NCBI GenBank assembly: GCA_964442455.1
Contig: CAYTZB010000002.1
Location: 11,159 to 75,158 of the forward strand
Source: an uncultured Gammaproteobacteria bacterium
Lineage (GTDB): Bacteria > Patescibacteriota > Microgenomatia > UBA8517 > JACQJR01
Direction: 5' to 3'
Length of the DNA: 64,000 nt
Shown here piece by piece: positions 58,780 to 64,000 of the stretch. Position 1 is the first letter of the stretch. Each line of letters opens with the position of its first letter. The position numbers and the translations under genes are program-made. Below the pieces are notes generated by a model. The model made no database searches. It was given only the letters and a program-made list of their open reading frames with translations, and was not told where the DNA came from.

Positions 58780-60561
58780 TCAATTCTGTAATTTTCCTCC
58801 AAAAATCTCCTCGGCAACCGTAATGATATCCTCATCCTCCTTCGCGCCTACTCCGCCGGAGCTGCTTCGGCTGCGAAGGCCGGGCAAGGCTTCGGAGGAC
58901 GCTTCCTCATCATCTATCTCCTCTTCCTTCTTTTCTGCACTCCCTCTTTCCTCAACTTCTTGCTTTGGCCCCTCCAGGCCAGAGACCCTCTGGGCCGGTG
59001 GCTTCTCTCCTAATTCAAACACCATTCGAAGCGGACTCGTTTCCAACACTTTTTCGGCAACCTCCTCTATAATTCTTCTATTCACTTCCTCTTCTAATTT
59101 TTCTTTATGAAATTGATAAAATACGGAAATTATAAGTGTACCGCCATCAAAGCCAAGTGGCCTACTTGACCTGAGAAGTGCTTCAATTGAATGGTTATGA
59201 GTTTTCACCTCAGCAAGTAGTTTTCTCCAAAGCTCATCTGTTATCTCCTTTTCTTTCTTTACTTTCCCTTCATTAGAAGTCGATACTGTCGCCGAACGCA
59301 CACCTAACTCTCCCTTCTCAGAAGACGAACCAGGCGATGAATGAAGCTCTCGTTTGTCTGAGGTAGTTCCGAGTGACTGAAGTTGACGCGCAGACGTCAC
59401 GGAAGTCCGAGGAACGGTTCCGTCTTTGGCGGGAACCGAGTTACGAGACGAATGAATCGCCTGCGAGTCTTCAATCTTCTCTCCACACCACTCAATAACT
59501 GCCAACTCCAACGGCAATTCGGGAATTGGCGAAGTGCGCATTCCCTCAAGCCCAGTTAGAAGTAGTGTAAGGAGTTGCGTCAAATCTTGCTGAGGCATTT
59601 TAATATCTTCTTCGCTGCCTAGTCCATGTTTCGCCAAAAGTCCACTTCGTAATATTTCAATTAATTGAACGGTAAACTGTCTCATGTTTACGCCGCGATG
59701 TGCCAATTCTTCGATCTGAGAGAGTAACCCTTTCTCATCTCTCTTAATAAGAAATTCAAGAAAGGTGCGTGGATTGCTAAGATTTTGAGAAAAAAATGCT
59801 ATGGCTACTCCCCGCTTCACTTTCCCCTCACCTGCTATTTGTTCCAAAAATTTTATCGCATCCCTGAAACTTCCTTCACAATACTGCGTAATCATTTCAA
59901 GCACCTCATGCTCTACTTCTACTTTCTCGTGTTGTGCCACCCGTGTCAGTGCACGTAAAACTTCCATTTTAGTTGCTTGACCAAAGTGAACTGTTACCGC
60001 CCGAGATTTAATGGTTTCAGGAATTTTGTGTACTTCTGTGGTTGCAAGAATAAATACAACATTAGGTGGTGGCTCTTCCAATGTTTTAAGCAATGCATTA
60101 AACGCTTCAGTCGTTAGCATGTGCGCTTCGTCAATAATGTAAACTTTTGTGCGTCCCCCAGCCGGTGCAAGCTTGACTGCATCCCGTAATGAACGGATAT
60201 CTTCAATCCCCCGATGAGATGCTCCATCCAGTTCAACCACGGCGAGCGATGTCCCATTAGTAATTTCTATGCAACTCGTGCATTGGTTGCATGGTTCAGC
60301 AAGTCCCCCAGCTGGCGTATTCTCGCAATTAAGAATTTTGGCAATAAGGCGAGCGGCTGAAGTTTTACCTGTTCCCTTTGGTCCCGCAAAAAGAAGAGCG
60401 TGAGGAACAGAGCCACGTTTTATAAAAAACAGAAGTGCTTCTCTTACCTGTTCCTGGTCAAGTTCAGAAACTTGTTGGGGACGATGTGCGACATACCAAC
60501 CGCGCCCCACATTGGTTGCTCGCACGTTCTCCGAACTTTGCTTTGGTTCATGCCTCTTCAT
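58780..60561 (-). CDS. dnaX: DNA polymerase III subunit gamma/tau
   Basis: GPKGTGKT, IIDEAHML, NALLKTLEEP. Confidence 0.95.
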   Translation of the reverse strand: MKRHEPKQSSENVRATNVGRGWYVAHRPQQVSELDQEQVREALLFFIKRGSVPHALLFAGPKGTGKTSAARLIAKILNCENTPAGGLAEPCNQCTSCIEITNGTSLAVVELDGASHRGIEDIRSLRDAVKLAPAGGRTKVYIIDEAHMLTTEAFNALLKTLEEPPPNVVFILATTEVHKIPETIKSRAVTVHFGQATKMEVLRALTRVAQHEKVEVEHEVLEMITQYCEGSFRDAIKFLEQIAGEGKVKRGVAIAFFSQNLSNPRTFLEFLIKRDEKGLLSQIEELAHRGVNMRQFTVQLIEILRSGLLAKHGLGSEEDIKMPQQDLTQLLTLLLTGLEGMRTSPIPELPLELAVIEWCGEKIEDSQAIHSSRNSVPAKDGTVPRTSVTSARQLQSLGTTSDKRELHSSPGSSSEKGELGVRSATVSTSNEGKVKKEKEITDELWRKLLAEVKTHNHSIEALLRSSRPLGFDGGTLIISVFYQFHKEKLEEEVNRRIIEEVAEKVLETSPLRMVFELGEKPPAQRVSGLEGPKQEVEERGSAEKKEEEIDDEEASSEALPGLRSRSSSGGVGAKEDEDIITVAEEIFGGKLQN

Positions 60562-60737
60562 ATCCTCCTTCTGGTTTTCCGCAGCATCCTCTCTCGCTCG
60601 TACCGTTCTCGAGATGGCTTAATATACCGTTCTCTCTTTTTCAGTTCGAGCAGTATCCCTGATTCGGCAACCTTTTTTCTAAATTTGGCAATAAGTTTCT
60701 CATCCGATTCTCCCGGCTCTTTTTTGACAATGGTCAT
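60558..60737 (-). CDS. rpsU: 30S ribosomal protein S21 (absent from the ORF track; 59 aa)
   Basis: hand-translated MTIVKKEPGESDEKLIAKFRKKVAESGILLELKKRERYIKPS...; GGAGGT upstream; ATGA overlap with dnaX. Confidence 0.85.
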   Translation of the reverse strand: MTIVKKEPGESDEKLIAKFRKKVAESGILLELKKRERYIKPSRERYERERMLRKTRRRI

Positions 60738-60765
60738 TGTCTTTTTACATCTCCACCTCCCTTAT

Positions 60766-61098
60766 TCAGCCAACATCCCTCACCCATTCTCCTCCGAGCA
60801 AGTGCCAATGGAGATGGGGAACATGTTGAAATACTCCTCCATTAAATGTCATTCTGTATTTTTTTTCTACCCCTTTTTCTTTTATAAGTTGTTGCGCAAC
60901 GCTAATCATCTCAGAAATCACTTCTTTGTGGTTATCCTGTATGTCGGTAAAGGTCGGAATGTGCTCTTTTGGGACAATCAGAATATGCACATACGCTGCG
61001 GGTTTAACGTCAGGAAACGCTATAACACGCTCTCCCTCGTACAAAAATTCTGCTGGAATTTCTTTCTTTATAATTTTGCAGAATACACATTCTTCCAT
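60766..61098 (-). CDS. HIT family protein
   Basis: CVFCKI, HILIVPK, HLHWHLLGG. Confidence 0.93.
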   Translation of the reverse strand: MEECVFCKIIKKEIPAEFLYEGERVIAFPDVKPAAYVHILIVPKEHIPTFTDIQDNHKEVISEMISVAQQLIKEKGVEKKYRMTFNGGVFQHVPHLHWHLLGGEWVRDVG

Positions 61099-61187
61099 CC
61101 AACTATACAGTATATCTCCTTTTTAAAAACCCAACAAGTCGGAAATTTACGCTCGGAAATCAACTCGTTATTCCTCGACAAGCTTAA

Positions 61188-62228
61188 TTAGAGAAGTTTT
61201 ATCAAAGTTTTTGCTAATTTTTGGGGACTATGACGGATAAGGTGGGTCGTGTCAATACCGTTTTCTACAAAATTCCCACGTAGTGTTTGAAACGATAGCG
61301 TCCCATTGAGGTCCGCCGGACCAGAAAGTCCCTCTCCGAACCTTGAGGTTCTCCGAACCGGAGGTCTGGACTGGAGGTCGTCTTTGACTGGTTGGGCTTT
61401 AAATCTTTTATACCAAGAGAGAATTTTCCCTTTAGGTAAACTGTCGTTAACTATGACACAGGAAAGCTTACGAGCCGCTCCATCGAGGTAACACTTTATC
61501 TCCTTTACAAATTCTGATGTAGTAAAGTTGTCAGTCTCTCCATGTTTAGTCATTAAATTAACAACAAATATAATCTTCCCACGAGATTTGGCAATCGCGT
61601 GAGTCACACCCGAAACCAGTAGATTTGGAATAATGCTTGTATAAAGATCGCCTGGACCCAAAACTATGAGGTCTGCTTTTAAAATCGCATCACGCGCTTG
61701 AGAGAACACTCGTGCCTTGGGTCGAAGATATACCTTTTTAATTGGTACTTTCGGCTTTTCTTCTCGAATATCAATACGCCGCTCCCCTACTATTCGTGAA
61801 CCATCCGCAAGCACTGCACATAAATGAGTATTGTCCAACGTCACGGGCAAAACTCGACCGGAAACGGCTAAAATCCGCTCGGCTTCTGCAATTGCTTTTT
61901 CTGGACTACCTGTGATTTGGGTCAATGCTGCCAAAAAGATATTTCCCAACGAGTGGCCTCGCAGCTCCTTCCCGTTTTTAAAACGAAAATCAAATAATCG
62001 TTCGAGTGTTTTCTCGCGGATGGGCAAGGAGGAAAGCGCAAGGAGTGCCCGCCGAATATCTCCCGGTGGGAGCATACCAAACTCCGTTCGGAGCCGCCCC
62101 GATGAGCCGCCGGAATCAGACATTGCGACAACTGCAGAGAGTTCGAGTTGTGGATACTGCTTGAGGCCGACCAATACCTGGTATGTCCCTGTTCCTCCGC
62201 CTATGACAACGACGTGTTTTTTGGTCAT
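61188..62228 (-). CDS. YvcK/GlmR (CofD-like) family protein
   Basis: IGGGTG, DSGGSSGRLR, PPGDIR, GPGDLYTSIIPNL. Confidence 0.92.
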   Translation of the reverse strand: MTKKHVVVIGGGTGTYQVLVGLKQYPQLELSAVVAMSDSGGSSGRLRTEFGMLPPGDIRRALLALSSLPIREKTLERLFDFRFKNGKELRGHSLGNIFLAALTQITGSPEKAIAEAERILAVSGRVLPVTLDNTHLCAVLADGSRIVGERRIDIREEKPKVPIKKVYLRPKARVFSQARDAILKADLIVLGPGDLYTSIIPNLLVSGVTHAIAKSRGKIIFVVNLMTKHGETDNFTTSEFVKEIKCYLDGAARKLSCVIVNDSLPKGKILSWYKRFKAQPVKDDLQSRPPVRRTSRFGEGLSGPADLNGTLSFQTLRGNFVENGIDTTHLIRHSPQKLAKTLIKLL

Positions 62229-62375
62229 GGCACATCAAAAGTGCCTACCTCGCCATAAGGTGGGTGGGCAGCACTCGCGTTTCGTACCTCTACTGTACTA
62301 CAGGATGTCAAGGTCCGCAATACCCCAAAAGAACTTATTTGATTTTACCCATCTCACTATGATAAAAAGTGGGCA

Positions 62376-62936
62376 ATGAGACCTCCTGAAGTTCCTGGTT
62401 CTTCTCCTGAAGAGATTAATAATCCTTCTCTCTTTCCTATTAGATACGAGTACAGTGGTAATTTTTACTCAGATGTTAATTTCAACCCAGAAATTATCCA
62501 ACGGCTAATTAGAATCATCGGTCGTCCAAAAACACCCCTCATAATTAGGGATGGGAATTTAAGTAGAGAAGATTTTATAAAGATTCCGGTTATGGATTCT
62601 CGTGGCTGGCCAACTATTATTCCATTAGGAGAAAATAAACCTAATGTCTCAATCGATAGAATAAATGATGCGATTATTGCCTCGATAAATTCTGCGGTTA
62701 TTGATGGGAGAATTCAAAAAGAACATCCAAACTTCACTCTACAAATCTACAAAAGCTCATTTATTGAAACGCTCATTAAAACTATTTCTGCAGCCATTTT
62801 TATCTGGTCACTAAATATAATGGTTGAAAATCTTAGGGGAAGACCACGATGGGAATTGGCAACCGTACCAGCTGCTTTCTTGACATTTTGGGTAAGGAAT
62901 AGAAAAGGCATAATTACTCCTTCAACCGCTCAATAG
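62376..62936 (+). CDS. hypothetical protein with C-terminal TM segments (orphan)
   Basis: 186-aa ORF convergent with proS. Confidence 0.6.
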   Translation: MRPPEVPGSSPEEINNPSLFPIRYEYSGNFYSDVNFNPEIIQRLIRIIGRPKTPLIIRDGNLSREDFIKIPVMDSRGWPTIIPLGENKPNVSIDRINDAIIASINSAVIDGRIQKEHPNFTLQIYKSSFIETLIKTISAAIFIWSLNIMVENLRGRPRWELATVPAAFLTFWVRNRKGIITPSTAQ

Positions 62937-63999
62937 CCTCCTCAAGAGAAATAAGCTCAGCTTTATCACTATCTCGCTTTTTCCATTCCACCTTATCGCC
63001 GGTCTGCTCGGAAACCACAAGCCGAACAGGGACTCCCACTAAATCTGCATCCGCAAATTTTTCACCAGCAGACACATCCTTTCTATCATCATACAAAACT
63101 TCCACGCCGGCTTTATTCAGCATTTCATACACATCATCTGTTTTATTACTTATTGCGTTTTGCTCATTGCTTACTGCCACCAAGTGGCATTCATAAGGTG
63201 CAACTTCCTTTGGCCAAATAATTCCTCGCTCATCATGGAATAATTCTACCAATGTTCCGATAAGTCGCGTCACTCCTATACCATAACTTGCAAAATACGG
63301 ATAACGCTTTTCTCCTTTCTCACCAGTAAGTGTTACACTCATCTTCTCACTATAGCTTGTCCAAAAGCGGAAAATATTTCCGACTTCTATTGACTTACCC
63401 ATTTGTATCTTTCCTTCCTTGCAGTTTGTACACGCATTACCTTCTCGCACCTCGGCAATTTCCTTGTTCTGGGCAAATTCACAATTGTCGCAATAAAAAA
63501 TTGTATCTTCTCCTCCTTCGTTTAAAACCTGAAACTCATGAGTATTTTCTTCGGTAAAAACTCCCCCTCCAGATTCAGTAACTTTTACCTCAAATCCAAT
63601 TCTCTTAAAAATCTTCTTGTACGCTTCCGCAACTTCCCAGTAGTATTTGTTCATATCTTCCTCTGTTGTATGGGCACTGTAAAGATCCTTCATTAAAAAT
63701 TCTCTGCCTCGCAGAATTCCCGACCTAGCACGCGGTTCGTCTCGGAATTTAGTTGAAAAATGGTATATTTTTATCGGATAATCCTTATAGCTTGATGCGT
63801 GTTTTCGGATAAGGTCCAGTACTATTTCTTCGTGAGTAAATGAGAGGGCGTACTCTTTATTATCTTTTTTGAATTGATACATCACTTCTCGCGCACTATC
63901 CCATCTTCCGGTTTCATTCCAAATTTCTTTAGGGTGCAAAAGCGGCATTAGGATCTCTTGTGCTCCCGTTGCGTTCATTCCCTTACGAACAATTTCTTG
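62914..63999 (-). CDS. proS: prolyl-tRNA synthetase (5'-partial)
   Basis: FRDEPRAR.G..RGREFLMKDLYS, IEVGNIF, YGIGV.R, GI.WP, anticodon-binding domain. Confidence 0.95.
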   Translation of the reverse strand, partial: QEIVRKGMNATGAQEILMPLLHPKEIWNETGRWDSAREVMYQFKKDNKEYALSFTHEEIVLDLIRKHASSYKDYPIKIYHFSTKFRDEPRARSGILRGREFLMKDLYSAHTTEEDMNKYYWEVAEAYKKIFKRIGFEVKVTESGGGVFTEENTHEFQVLNEGGEDTIFYCDNCEFAQNKEIAEVREGNACTNCKEGKIQMGKSIEVGNIFRFWTSYSEKMSVTLTGEKGEKRYPYFASYGIGVTRLIGTLVELFHDERGIIWPKEVAPYECHLVAVSNEQNAISNKTDDVYEMLNKAGVEVLYDDRKDVSAGEKFADADLVGVPVRLVVSEQTGDKVEWKKRDSDKAELISLEEAIERLKE

Positions 64000-64000
64000 G

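Noticed and set aside
60400-61191. 263-aa + strand ORF and other shadow ORFs (e.g. 39149-39871, 52098-52649, 55526-55972, 61831-62379)
   Set aside because: They are antisense or alternative-frame overlaps of well-supported genes.

Overview
A 64-kb chromosomal segment of a small-genome bacterium, most likely Patescibacteria/CPR (Microgenomates-like). That placement is inferred from gene content, the shortened HisRS, RF1 and ProRS, and the many orphan ORFs. The backbone is housekeeping genes: gyrB 3' end, hppA, gyrA, a Xer recombinase, yebC, rluA, efp, tldD/E, dnaB, hisS, rpmE, prfA, rpsR-ssb-rpsF, ychF, cysS, recR-ybaB-dnaX, rpsU, yvcK and proS. An AT-rich accessory block lies at about 37.5-47.5 kb. 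No CRISPR array, rRNA or transposase gene was seen. Most notable structures: (1) about 15 GC-rich palindromic DNA elements, several nested, sit in frame inside 8 conserved genes; one family, CCTGAGC-N-CGAAGG, is read in different frames and also occurs between genes. (2) A tRNA-Leu(CAA) + LAGLIDADG endonuclease cassette lies between the separated 5' and 3' ends of a second tRNA-like gene. (3) The gyrA start is duplicated (34 bp) around a 235-bp structured non-coding insert. (4) An 11-6-11 dif-like site and a duplicated arm of it flank an orphan gene next to the Xer gene. (5) An Avd-like four-helix-bundle gene is enclosed by a 12-bp inverted repeat, and a family of gene-less AT-rich periodic elements is dispersed through the window. 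All calls were made by eye; no searches or folding programs were run.
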